Below, piece by piece: positions 1 to 13,500 of a DNA stretch of 64,000 bases. The notes under the pieces were generated by a model, which made no database searches, had not been told where the DNA came from, and was given only the letters and a program-made list of their open reading frames with translations. The stretch is from Balanoglossus misakiensis (lineage: Eukaryota > Animalia > Hemichordata), in contig CM082577.2 of NCBI GenBank assembly GCA_040954595.2, forward strand, positions 19,876,303 through 19,940,302, in the 5' to 3' direction. Position 1 is the first letter of the stretch; each line of letters begins with the position of its first letter. Position numbers and translations under genes: made by a program.

Positions 1-145
1 CAAGTCTGAGCGAGTATCTTTTATATGTAAGAAAAGACTGAAGACGCATTTTTTCGCAAGAGCATATACTGTAGTGTGTTGGCCGGTGAGCGCAAGCACC
101 TTTGAGTGTGACACTGTTACAGATACTGGCGCTATACAAATTTTT
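1..145 (+). mobile_element. 3' end of an L2/CR1-type LINE
   Basis: KKRLKTHFF coding remnant followed by a gcgctatacaaat tail. Confidence 0.5.
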
Positions 146-1052
146 CTGATCAGACTTTGGTGTCAGGAAGGCTTTATTAAACTACATAATCTCATCACTA
201 TTAAACTATAAATCTACATCTACTGCCCCCATACTAAATGTATACAAAATGCAAAAGACAGTCAAAAAGTACAAGCACGTCATGAAAGGTAATATTGTAA
301 AAGATCAAGCAACTACAAGACAGAGGGATGGGAGGCACGTGCAGGTTGAAAAGCAAACTGATTTGACAAATTGAAAGCAGCGTGTCCGAGCAGTGCCGCC
401 TGTTAAAGTACTGAGCCACACGGCGAAAGGTGGCCTCCCCTGATTGGCTGAAAGTTAGTCATGTGGGATTAACTGTAGCATGCGTGATTTAAACACCTCG
501 AAAAGAAGCTAAACAATCAGAATCTGTTGAATAAATTGTCCTCTTTTTGATCGTCATATGGATAACTTGTTGGGGCCCAAGGCCTGTGGCCGATGTTCTT
601 TTTAATAGGGGCCCAACCCTACTGGGCTAACCAATAGGACTAGAAGCCTAGTTTTCATTGTTAGACAGGGACCAATATGGGAACATAAATTTGACAAAAA
701 TTTGGGTGACCTTGGGTAACCTTTGACCTACTTTCCCTTATCTCGGCATCACAGTTTTTGTTTGAACCTTTGAATGTTTAATTAGTCATGTGACCCGGCG
801 GCCACATTGGATTTTTCTGAAAAAAATGCAAATATCAGATCTCAGAATCTACTAGGCCGATCGACTGTAAATTTGGTGTGCAGCTAGCCTACCGTCTGTC
901 CATCATTATTCCCCATTGAAATCATGACGCCGAACATGAAGCTGTTTTGCTCTGTGTTTTTTGTGTAAAATGTTAGTTTGTTGTTTGTTTATTTATAAAT
1001 ATGTTCATGTTTGTTTGTTGACATTTTAGGGTCAGGGTACATTCAACGGTTA

Positions 1053-1730
1053 GGGACCGTTCAGTTTTTACGATTGGAGCGGGCGCCAAATTTGTGTCAT
1101 CGTTTTTCAAAATCAGGCAGACCCCCCTTTAACCCAGGACCAAAAAATGATGACCCCCCCCCCTTTGACAGGCAAAAAATATGATGACCCCCCCCCCCCA
1201 CCCCCACCCCAACCCCGAAAACATTACACAACTACTTGTGGAGAAAAAAAAGCTTGCTTCCAAAGGCCTGCTCGCCATCCTGATACTATACTGTATGCCA
1301 CGAAGGGAAAGAGGCTCCCCACACCTCAATTATAAATTTCTTAGTATAGTGTTGCAATTGTCGTGTCATGTTGTTTTGTTCCGGGTCTGTGCTGACTGTT
1401 GTACAGTGGAAATGTGTGTGTTTTTCAACTCTTGTCACCATAGATTCCTTACACGCAAAAAGTACACCAGAAAACAAACAGTAAACACAGTTGACATAGA
1501 TCCATTACAGAATGAACACAAAACACGGTTACTAGAACCGTGAATGTAAGTGGAAAAACACACACATTTCCATTGTACAGAGGCGTAGTTGGGGGGGGGG
1601 GGCAAGAGTATGTGAACCCCCTAAAAGTATCGAAAAAAAGACAACCCCCCCCTTTTGGATTTCAAAATTTAAGTGACCCCCCCCCCTGGATTTTGCCCCC
1701 CCCCCCAGGCCGTTAAAAGTTAACGGTCCC
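1053..1730. mobile_element. Harbinger/Tourist-type MITE
   Basis: TIR GGGACCGTT..AACGGTCCC, TTA on both sides; same family as 15921-18350. Confidence 0.8.
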
Positions 1731-1790
1731 TTAAAAGGCCTTTTCTCAAAAACTACAGAGCAGTTGTGTGTGGCAAGTACGGTCACGTCT

Positions 1791-1901
1791 CAATCTGATT
1801 AAAATGAGATGTAGGGAACGGCGACGTGGTTTTTTTATGCTGTGAGGCGACAGCATGAAAAAACCACGTCGCCGTTCCCTAATCTGATTTTAATCAGATT
1901 G
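1791..1901. mobile_element. 111-bp fold-back MITE with 10-bp TSD
   Basis: Near-perfect palindrome CAATCTGATT..AATCAGATTG flanked by GGTCACGTCT at 1781-1790 and 1902-1911. Confidence 0.8.
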
Positions 1902-2087
1902 GGTCACGTCTCTGCCTTTTTTAGTTTGCCGGTGAAATTGTGAGTGGTCACGTGACTTTACATGCAATATTGGGTTTTCGAAAAAATCTCATGGAAATTT
2001 CAACAATCTTCTTCTGCAGAACCAGCAATTGAAGAGTTGTGGGATTAGGTATAGGAGGTCTATCAAGTTTGCCCAGTACATACCAGT

Positions 2088-2299
2088 ACACAGGCGCTTG
2101 TAAAGATGCTATTCCAGTTTTTTTATTAATTATAAAGTTGCTAAAAACGATAAATCAGTAGCTTATACGATGTCCCGAATTTGCGTCAAACGAGCGCTCT
2201 CGCTATGTTCGGGCCTGGGCCTTTCCCCCACTGATTTATCGTTTTTAGCCACTTTATAATTAATAAAAAACTGAAATAGCATCTTTACAAACGCCTGTG
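2088..2299. mobile_element. MITE with ~70-bp TIRs
   Basis: cacaggcgcttgtaaagatgctatt... / ...aatagcatctttacaaacgcctgtg. Confidence 0.7.
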
Positions 2300-2706
2300 G
2301 TATAGTGCTAGAAGTCAGTTTTTTGAAAATTTTGTTGGACATGGACCAGGTTTTGTTTGGTGTATGCTCAATATGTTCACTCCATAATGTGTCTGATTTT
2401 GACAAGAAGCCACTAACAATGGGTCACTATTTGACAATATACATGGGTTTATGTTTTCAACTTGGGACGTATCCCCCACCCCGGGGGGGGGGGGGGGTAC
2501 CGGGGCTGGATAGGTGTACGTGTTGCGGAGCTGCCTAGCCTCCTCACGGTTATTTCACACCGAGGCTCATTATGTATGCACCAACAGAGTCAGCGCAGAG
2601 AGACGCGCAGACGAAGCGATCACGCATCAGAAGCATCAGCTGAACCTTTCCCCGGTCAGCGTATATCATGCCGTTAATGACACAAATATGCATTTGATTG
2701 CCCAAA

Positions 2707-2757
2707 ATGATGGAACTGGACCAAGATCGGGGGCCCAGAGAAATGGTGTTTCAGAAG
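2707..2757 (+). CDS. RGS coding exon 1 (MMELDQDRGPREMVFQK)
   Basis: ATG in a GC-richer region, ends AAG|gtaggc; joins in phase to exon 2 to give MVFQKMERVIRDMQ, resembling the R7 N-terminus. Confidence 0.75.
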
Positions 2758-5700
2758 GTAGGCTGATTTGTCACGTATCGTGCATGCATGTGTTATAAAC
2801 ACCAATTTCGCTTTTGTGTCTCTTTCCTACAGTGTAGTGTGTAACCATGCGTTTCTATGGTAGCTGTTCTGTGAATTATGAAGGAGGTCCGGTGTTGTGT
2901 TTATTTTCATCAGGTATTACAGTCATCAAGATGCCACATTCCGATCATATCGTTCTGAGCAAAGATGTAATTGTGGGACAAACATTTAATTGACCTAACC
3001 TAGCAATGGTGTATCACAAAAATATACATGAACCGTGCATGTACGTAGTATAGATAGTAATCCTGGGTCAACTTGTCTTGTGTGTATACGTTCACCTACT
3101 GTAGCCAGCAACCCGCGGTGTCAGGCAGATTTATATATGGATGACACATTGACAATATTTCTGAGAAGCATTGTAAATATATGTGTTGCATACAATTACA
3201 AGTGTAACCAGACTTCACCTTTATGGATACTGTAGCATATATTTTTATTAGATGTATATATACATACGTATACTAGGTCTCTCTCTCTCTCTCGATTTCT
3301 GTAACAGCTAGCACTAGCAGTGTTTCATTCAGGATGGCATCAACAGGCCAGGGGGATATTTTTTTTGGGGGGGGGGGGGGGAATTTCACTCTGGCAAGGG
3401 GGAATGTAATATTTCCAACATGTAAATGAGATCATTTTAAGAGGCACTGGTCCCTCCTTGACAAATTGCCACTAATGCTACTATTGCTAGGGGGTTCCAA
3501 CATGTCAACAGGGCGTGAATCCCCCCCCCCCCCCCCCCAACCGGCCTAGATGAACCACTGAGCTAGTTTTATAGGTTTTTTTGTTAATAGCACAGTTAAG
3601 GGTTTACGTCATCAAAATCTAATGAATATTCATGAGTTCGAAAATGCGGACAAAGTCGCGGGGTACGCGTCGACTGCCCCCAGGACCGGCCCATCAGCTG
3701 GCTGCGCTGAGCGAGCTTTGTTTGTTTACATTATGATGCCGGCGTCGACCGAACCAATTTCACTGGATGAAAATGATGTTCCTGGTGCAAAGCTTGCATA
3801 TGCATCTGTTGAGAAGCACTCTGTTGAGCAACTTAAAAGGTGGCTGAAATGTAGAGGTATAAAAACAAGTGGGAAAATATAGCTGCAAGCAGCGATGACG
3901 GGCACAAGCTTAAGCTGAAGGTCAAAGGTCATATGTGGTCACCCAAAATTTGGGCAAACAGTTTTGACCCCCATACTAGTCCAGGTCCAACAGAAACCTG
4001 ACCTCTAGCCCTATTGGTTTGTCTGAAATTAGATATGCACATAATTAATGATGTAAAGTGTAAGACTCCATTAATAGTTCAATCCATCCAAACACAAATG
4101 CTGTACCTGTTCTGGATGCCGAGATATAGCAAAGTAGGTCAAATGTCACCTGAGGTCACCCTAAATTTGGGCAAAATTTTTGACCCCATACTGATCCATG
4201 TCCCAAAGAACAAAACCTCTAGCCCTATTGGTTAGCCTGGAATTACGTATGCACATAATTAATGAGATATGCAGGTGTCACAGGTGACCCCCAATTTTGG
4301 CTTTTCAATTTTAGTCCCAACCCTCCAAACGCCAAGACTGTGCCTGCTCTGGTTGCCAAGATATGGTAAATTAGGTCAAAGGTCACCTGAGGTCATGCAA
4401 AATTTGGGCAAGAAATTTGGACCCTATACTGGTCCATGTTCAACAAAAATCAAACCTCTAACCCCATTGGTTAGCCTGGAATTAGGTATGCACATAATTA
4501 ATGAGATAAGCAGGTGTCACAGGTGACCTTCAATTTTGTCTTTTCAATTTTAGTCACAACCCTCCAAACGCCAAGTCTGTACCTGCTGTGGATGCCGAGA
4601 TATAGGAAAGTAGGTCAAAGGTCACCTGAGGTCACCCAAAATTTGGGCAAAATTTTTTGATCCCATACTGGTCCATGTCCCACAAGAACAAAACCTCTAG
4701 CCCTATTAGTTAGCCTGGAATTAGGTATGCACATAATTAATGAGTTAAGCAGGTGTTACAGGTGAGCCCAAAATTTTGCCTTTTATTGTGGTCCCATTCT
4801 GCTCACGGGCCAATAGAGAGTCACTGTACAGGACCATTGAACAGCCAACGTGGACATAGCGTGATAGCTTAACTATAGAAAGTATAGGCCTATGGCTGGG
4901 TCCAAAAATATGAAAAATAAAAAAATCTTCTTCTCAAAATAGACTTGGCCCACGGCCTTGACATTTGGCATGTAGGACACTGACCACATGGTCTGCAAAA
5001 ATCACTAAAAGAATTTTGATATCTCCATTCATATGCAAATTAGGCCCATTTGAAAACTTTGCCCATATATGGTCATCAGGTCACATGACTTATTAAACAT
5101 TCACGAGGGTACAGCACCAGCTCTCATAGGCCTGCACCACTGTGCCAAGTTTGAGATTTGTAGGTTCAGTCGTTTTCAAGATCCTGTTGGGCAAAAAAAC
5201 GACACAAGAAAAAAAAAAAGAAGAAAAAACCCAGTAATACCAATAGGGCACAAGCCTGCTTGGCTTGTGCCCTAAAAAGTGGAGCTGATAGCGAGGTGAG
5301 TTCATTCAAGTTCATCATCGTAATTATTGTTTACTTCCGCATTGACCGGCTTCTTCGGAAGCAGGCATACTAAATATTGATGTGAAATGAGTTTGAGGCA
5401 ATAGAATTTCAAGAAAAAAATCGTTAAGCTTATTATTTCTTGTGAGATTATTTTGCTGTTCAATATTTCCCCACTTGTGTTTGTGTCGTCGGCACGTATG
5501 TATGCGCGCCAACGATGTTGTGCACCGCGACCCCGGTTTATAGGTCCACTGTTAATGTTCTCGTCGTTCTTCGAAACGTTGTTGTTATGCTCTGGTGTGT
5601 TTTTTATTTATGTTCTCAGATCAAGTGTCGAATAGGCGATAAAAATATCGACCAACGCAATTTACTGCGCGGAAATAAACTACGGGCTAGGCTGTGTGGG

Positions 5701-8700
5701 CGATGGGGGGGGGGGGGGTTGCCACAGGTCCTTACTGATAAAAGTAGTGTTGTTGACATGACTATACGAGAGATATTTGCAATATTGATATGATGAACGA
5801 CTTGACATTGACAGGAAAAATGTTACGAACTTGTTATGAGTCAATATTGTTACCATTGTTTACCATCGTTTTGATATATTTTCAGGTGCCAAAACTGTAT
5901 AGACAGTGGGAATGCAAGTGACATTGACCCAGCTGTTGATAATGGGCACTGGTTGCTATTGAAGGAGAGAGTTCATTCTCGCAATACTGGTGGTTGTGGT
6001 GTTATACTTCCTGTTACTGGTTGGAAACCTCTTGGTGAGCTGGAAGGCAATGTCTCTGTCATAACAGATGGCCACATTTACCATCACATCATAGAAAGTC
6101 ATCCCGCAAGCCAAAGTGATGAAAACTCTCCAGAACATTGTCACACAGCTAAGCCTCTAAGACGAGAACAATTTTACAAATCTGGACATGTGACAGAGGT
6201 TCACGCAGTAAAAAAAAAGTGGTGCATTTTATGTAAAATCAAAAGTTCATGCCAGCATGCGTAGTGCTTCTTATTTTGTAACAGTTGCTGTGTCTGTTCT
6301 TTCTTTCATAGTTTATTCGCTAATGTATGTTTAAAAATAAAATACACCAGAAATCTCATTGGCTCGAACTCTAACAATATTAAGACATTTACAATGTAAA
6401 AACAGGGTCAACAACACCGATAAAATACAAACACTCACTAAAAAAAAGAGTATCTGGCTAAAGGGTCCATCCCATTCAATTGACGGACTGCTGATGGATA
6501 AAAACTTTTCCGATGACGTTCTGATTTTGTTGCAATTGAGCGGTAACGCTTCCCTGATTGTTTTCTTTTGCATCCTAGATCTGTATAGGTCATCTAATTG
6601 AGGCAGGTTTACACCAATAATGCGCTCGGCAGAACGTATTACTCTGTTTAATAGACGACGGTCTCCAACAGTTGAGCTCCCGTACCAGACAGCAATGGAG
6701 ACTGTCAACACACTCTCAACAACTGCCTGATAAAATTTTATCAGGAGATCCCTGCTAAGACCGAAGCCCGCCAGCCTTCGTAGAAAGAACAATCGTCGCT
6801 GAGCTTTCTGAACACAATGCTCGACGTGCGCCTGCCAGGTTAAATCACTAGAGATGTGGATGCCGAGGAATTTAAAGGTGTCAACTATCTCGACATCTGT
6901 ACCATTGATAGACAAAGGTGTGAGGGGGGTCTTATTCCTCCGAAAATCTATAATGATCTCTTTTGTCTTGCTAACATTTAATTCTAAGTTATTGGCAGCA
7001 CACCACATCACCAATTCATCAACCTGGCGGCGATAATTGATCTCATTCAGGTTTTGTTAAGGGAGGAAGTTGTGAATGTAAGGCCTCTGCTCTGGGCAGG
7101 TGCAGTCATGTTGCAGCACTTTTACTATATCTTTCAAAGTATGGGAATATGTCATGTACAAGTCAACCAGCTGAATGGGGTAGGGGGGCTAAATATAATA
7201 AAAACCCCTCTAAAGTAACTGATGTAAATTATGATAATCGAAAGGTTTTGCCAGATGTCATCAATTTTGATCCTCTTCCCCTGTCATTAAGAAATAATGA
7301 AATGAGTATAGAGGAAAGAAATGAATTTATCATAAGCCAACAGTCCTGCCATAGTGCACTGTCTTCTATGTGGGGAACTATAATACCTGTTCATTATGAT
7401 GATTACACACCAACAGATGAACATCTATCCCAACTGCAGACAAAATGCAATCTGTTGGTTGAAACTCTAAATATGGATTGGATAAATCAATTAACAGATG
7501 GACAAGGAAATAGAAATTGGCAAAAAGGAAAGACGCCTCCGGCGTTTGTTATGATTCTCATTATCAACAATGTTACGTTTCCAAAATAATAATTTGTCAC
7601 GTGCTGGACCTAGAAAATTAAACACACACATAAACTGAATCCAAGTCAGGCCACAATAAAATTTACATTTTGCATCATCATTCTTGACATCTTCAACACT
7701 GAATTTGCCAGTGGCTTCCTGGTTCAAATATTCACGTTTAACATCATTTTTTAACAACACTAACTCATTTTTCAGAATTGCATTTTCAGCTTTCAAATGA
7801 ATAAGTAGGTCGATGTTTTGAAGCTTGAAGTCTGTTTGTGTCCCCACAGTAGCTGTTTCCTTGCTGTCCTTGAGGGGTGATGAACAGTATTCATCAGGCT
7901 GGGTTTTAGGCACTGAAAAATAAATAAATAAAGATAAAGCGGTATACTCATGTGCAATCAATGATTTCTGACAGGTACAACAGTTACACAGAGCTATGAA
8001 GCTTTAGTACTGTTTCTGTTCAACGAGAAAACATTATAGATAGCACACAAATGTGAACATTAATACTTATTGGTGTCAGTGATACCAAACCAATAACCAC
8101 ATGACACAGTTATAATATAATTGAGCATAATAGGCAGTAAAAATTATACCTGTCACATGATCTTTACTGGAAGCTTGTTCTTCAAACTCTGCATCTTGTC
8201 TCACTCTCTTCTGCTGTTTCATGGGAATCGGTATGTCTCTCAGTACTGGTCCCTTTCTCTTTCTTGACAATCTCTGTGCCTAACAAGTAACAAATATGAA
8301 CAAGATTTTAATACTGATCTGAATTTACGTGCAGGATTGGGGTCACCGTGACCTGGTTTTGGATCAAAACATCCGACGTTCCAACAGTGTTTCTAAACTC
8401 CCCAACACATTACATACAAAGTTACAGCCGGGCATTGTGTATGTGAATCCAACTACGGCCATTAACGCACGCGTACGTACAGTCCAACATTTATTCCTAC
8501 TTCATGTGTTCTCATCTTGGGTAATTACAGTTACTAGTTACAATTTACACAATATCCATACAATACCCAAGTTAAATTGACTAAAAGTGAATGTTTATCA
8601 ACAGCGACAACGCGACGAGCTCCGAAAAGCTGCTCAAGTATATGTGTCGTCTGCACACTTGTCATGGCGCCAAAGTTGACTACATGGTGCATATCAAGAA

Positions 8701-10406
8701 ATGAGTCTCGGTCTACTCCATATACATGATATTATCATGTATATGGAGTAGACCGAGACTCATTTCTGTGCAACGTTCTTACCTGTTCTGCCGTATACGT
8801 CGCCGGTATGGGGTCGGGATGGTCGCTTGTTGGTCCCTTCCTGCCTACGAAGTGGAGGCTACAAATATAGGTGTCCTTTTTGACATTGTCGACGCCGAAA
8901 CCCTGTCTCCCGCAAGCATAAATCCATTTTGACATTTCAAAATATTTCGATGTGGCTTCGGAAATCGGATGAAGAAAACATCTTTCATTTCAACACGATC
9001 GGTGTACCTTGAGTCACTCGTGCAATGTCCGTAACAGCAATGTTTAGTAGCGCCCATCGCGGAAGTAAACCAAAACATAGTTTTTAAAAGTAAAAAGCGC
9101 AACGCTATCGCTACGTGCTTCGCTCAGTCACTGTTGCCAGGCGCATGCGCACTCGCGCAAATCTATTTTTAGCGACATTGATAAAACCCTGTACTGTGCT
9201 ATTAAGTCTGATTATTTTTGTTTAATTAAACCTGTTACCTTATACTAATTACTATTCATTTGTTATATGCACGCTCTGACTTATTTATTTTAGTTTTACC
9301 CTGATGAAGTGTGATTAAGCTCACAAAAAGTCGAAAATTTTGCTTTCAAACTTAGTGTGGTACAATTAAGCATTATATTATACCAGTATATTGATGGTGT
9401 AAATCACGCTATTTGATTGGTCGAGACACGACACGTGACCGTGATATATTAGCCATATACCACAGTCATATATCATAGTTAAAGAAAATCCCTTTTTAAA
9501 ATCAAAATCGAGTGGTATACCATGGCTGGGGGTGTTTTATTGCTATTATATTATGCCAGTATATTGAAACTTTGCATAAAACATTTTAAAAAGGCATTTT
9601 CTTTAACTATGATATATGACTGTGGTATATGGCTATTATAATATACCTCATGCTAATACTGTGCCGTGATTCGCCAGAATCCGTCACGTGATAGGAAAAT
9701 AGAATCGACTATGAACCGCTAGGGAAATAGCAGATGTTGGGCCTGGGCCGACATACAATAACCAATGTGAACACACAGCCTCAACCTACATGTAGGGCCC
9801 ACTTAAGTCCAAGTTATACTGTCTAGCCAATGTCGGAACTTACAAATTAACTAGTTAGTGTGCAATTTACATTTCAGTTTCTCATACATCTGTGAAACCC
9901 ATGTGATTTGTTGATTGTTGATTGAGTGACAGTTAATGAGTTATCAATATTAATCAAGCATGCCAATGTCAATTTAAATGCCCAGTAACGACATAGCCGT
10001 CACCATCGCTCGCAAAGTACAAAATGTGAACTGTCGACTGGGTACGACTTGGAAATTGACGTTTTTCCACTCGTTTGCAGGTCAATAGATCAAGTGAAGC
10101 CCAAATTAGGTCAGTGAGATAAATTTCAATGCCTATGATGGCATAATTTAATCGCTCGCTCGTGAATGGGGTGATATTCCTGGGCCTTGAAGGTGGCCCA
10201 TGAGCTTAGATCAGGTCATGTCGATTCCACCCCTGCCTGTATGTAAGACGGTAGTGACATTCGGCGACCTAGGTCGTGTTTTCCACGGGTGACGTTGGGC
10301 GACCTAGGTCGTGTTTTCCAAGATTACATGTATGTTTTTTTTTACAGTTATCTACAACATCGACAAACATAGCAAGAAATGACACTTTTATTTTTTTATT
10401 TTTTTT

Positions 10407-10500
<94 letters not shown>

Positions 10501-13500
10501 ACAACAACAACAACATTTCCTAAGCTCCCTATGATTGTATCACATAAATTGTGTGCATATTACATGTAAATGCTTAGTATACCTGATGCAACTGGGACTA
10601 TCTGTTTGATTATCCATGTATCCATCACTACATGTATGAGTGATTATTTATATACTGCCACATTTTATATACCAATTTGTTATCAAACGGGAGAACATAT
10701 TGTCCTTGATGCTATTTTTCACTTTCAGATGGAACGTGTTATCAGGGACATGCAGCATCAAGAAACTGGTATTCCAATTCGGTCTCAGAAGGTCTTCCTA
10801 ACATCTATTCCTTGCGCGTTCACAGGTTAGTGTTGAACAGTACATGTAGATGTGCAGTTATTATGCACCAGTAGTGGCATCTCAAGTATTTCATCTAGGA
10901 TGATACAATGTATGTAGAGTGAGTTGGGGATGATTCATTTTTGCCATAATCATAGATAATTGGAGCTTTTGGGGAGGGGGGATTTGAGTTGACTTTGTTA
11001 GACCTTGGGATGAATCTGTGCCATCTCATAAAACAATAAGTCCTTATTTATTTGGACTATTTTCTCACACATTAGTACATCAAACTACATGTACCAAACT
11101 TTTACAACAAACCTCATGTATAACTTACATATAGAGTGAGTTGAGATTGTTGAGATAACTATGCAAATTAGTCATTTGTCCATTACATAATGTTTTTCAT
11201 TATCATACATGCAACACCGGTATGCACTTTCTATTGTTCTCGCCCCGAAGATATTAGCCGGTATTTTCACCGAGTGAAAATACCGTATAATATCTTCACT
11301 CCGCATCTCGAACTAGTTTTGAGAACGCGCTGAAATCATCACACAGCGTTGACTGTTGTGATCGGCGTGACAGTTCGCTGCATGCACGGGCGACGTACAG
11401 GGCATAGCACTCTAGTGGAGAGGGGTGTTGTAAAATTCGGTTATTAGAAGCTGTAATAACGTTTTCAAAGCTGGCGGTTTTGCCATGTTGAATGTATCAT
11501 TTTTACTTCTTCGGATTTCTCAATGCGACTGAGATTATTGTTAATGGGTTATTTTGAAAGAGAACGTAGACATTTTTATTTAGAATGCGGGTGTGCCCGT
11601 CATTATTATGTCTGCCCCTTAGAATGATACTACGGCCTACACGTTGATCACCTGATCGCATCGCCCTGTCGATGTCTCACTTGGCTATGGGCTACTGCTG
11701 TGATCCCAGGGCGCCCGGTTCAAATTTCTGGCCATAAATTGTTTTTCTCGGCGCATTTTTGCACTGTTTTATAGGTAGGCAATCCCGCATGTGTGATAAA
11801 GGGGTTATTACACAAATTTTGGTCGATAACGCAACACATTCCTCGTCAAAATACGGACATCACTCGAATACGACGCGTTATCGACCAAAATTCGTATAAT
11901 AACCCCTAAGTATTTCACAGCATTTTATGCGAAGGAGTAAACGAGTTGGACCATGTTCTGTTTGTAAACATCCAACAGCAAGAATACTATCTGGTCGCCA
12001 AAATGTTGGGATTTTTCAACATTCTGGCAGTCACTGTATTATCCTCCCAAACTATTGTCGGAATCATTAAAGGGACATTAGCTTTAATTTCAGTATTTTT
12101 TTCTTAGTGCCTTGACTGATTTCATCCCTTTATGACTGCCTTCAAAGTTTTCTTTATCCATTGAGCCTTTGGGAACTAATTATAAATGACAATGACTTGT
12201 TTCAAATGCAGTAAAGTATATCATTGTCAATTGTAAATTATAGTCATTATTACACCCTTCAGTATCCATCATATTTTACATAGCAAACATGCTTTCAGAA
12301 GCTAAATTTCAGTGAGGGCGTGCCATACTGCAGGCATGTGAGATAATACCTACATGTAAATGGCCATGTGAACAAAGCTCAGGTGTTTATCACTTGACAT
12401 TGAATTTGTAATGCAACCCAGAGACAGATGTTCATTGGCCAAACCCAAGTTATGCAACTTTGTAATATGTAAAGTATAGGGTCAAGTTGGGTCACTGACT
12501 CAGTTCATCGGTGGTTTAGCTCAGGTCATGAGATCGCATCAGCAATATTCAAGAACACTGGCGATCGCAAGAGATTTTTGTAAATTTTGGGGTTCCCAGA
12601 TATACCGACAACTAAATGTTTTGTTACACTGACAATAGTCTGGAAGGATAATAAAATGATGTGCCAACATGTTGAATAATCCCCACATACATTGTAATGG
12701 TCAGCTGTAGTGTTCTTGGCGTTCATTGTTTACACTCACATACAATGTAAACATAGTCTCAATCATCTACTCATTTGCATAAAATGCTGTGAAAATACAT
12801 CTCTCCCCTGAAAATGATTTAATGACCATGTGATTAGTTTGCATTATTATACACCTACTGCTGTAACCTATGGAGTTCCGTAATATAATAATTTGCGGTA
12901 TCACCGTACAATAATTATTCAAATGAGGACGCGGAGTCCAATAACACCAGGGTTACTGGACGCATTGTGACTTTGACCTCACACGACTGGTGATCAATGT
13001 AAACAATGAGGATATTAACCCTACTCTGACAAAAAATTTATATAAAAAGTACACAGCCGTTATTAAACAAATTTATTGGTGACCCAAGATGCGAAATAAG
13101 TCAAAATCCACGCTAAAATTTCAGTCGAAGGAATCTGTGAACGAACAGGCGAGCGCGTTCATTTCAAGTTCCAGAACGAGCTCAGCGCAAGCAGCGTAGA
13201 ACGTCGCGCGTGAGACAGGCAGTTCGACACTAGCATCACCTGATGCGCAAGGTGAAGGCGCGTTCGATATGCAAATTATATCATGGCGGTGTCTGAAAAC
13301 TAGAAAGTCCGATAGCGGCCAATTTATTCTTTATCGTTCATGAAGAACGTTCAGAAAAGGTGTATAATAATAAGGTTATTCACAAAATACTGGGATTTAT
13401 GTCCAAGTACATCGTACAGCGCAGGTATTGTCCGAGACGCGCAGCGTCGAGGACAATACCGAAGCGTACGATTTTGTGAATAACCTTATATTATGACTGG

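Larger units (their letters stand above)
3733..7525 (+). pseudogene. SAP-SWIM-(YqaJ exonuclease) second gene of the ISL2EU element, disrupted
   Basis: SAP-like VEQLKRWLKCRGIKTSGK|insert|KVELIAR; exon from ~5887 (DPAVDNGHW, FYKSGHV, KVHASMR); SWIM CECKASALGRCSHVAALL at ~7070-7130; SCTSQPAEW; ends at TDGQGNRNW, resembling a YqaJ-domain start. Confidence 0.72.
3589..9200. mobile_element. ISL2EU-type (PIF/Harbinger-related) DNA transposon, internally deleted, with nested insertions
   Basis: Imperfect TIR AGCACAGTTAAGGGTTT / AAACCCTGTACTGTGCT flanked by AT on both sides; convergent THAP gene (-) and SAP-SWIM gene (+), both broken near 7525. Confidence 0.8.

Noticed and set aside
6331-7014. Functional reverse transcriptase gene
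   Set aside because: 5'-truncated; only the RT C-terminal region is present, without the catalytic motif
9960-10320. Possible RTE-type 5' UTR or structured RNA
   Set aside because: Only a loose motif resemblance; no fold or boundary could be supported by eye
10276-10569. Poly-Ser ORF
   Set aside because: Translation of the (TCA)n microsatellite
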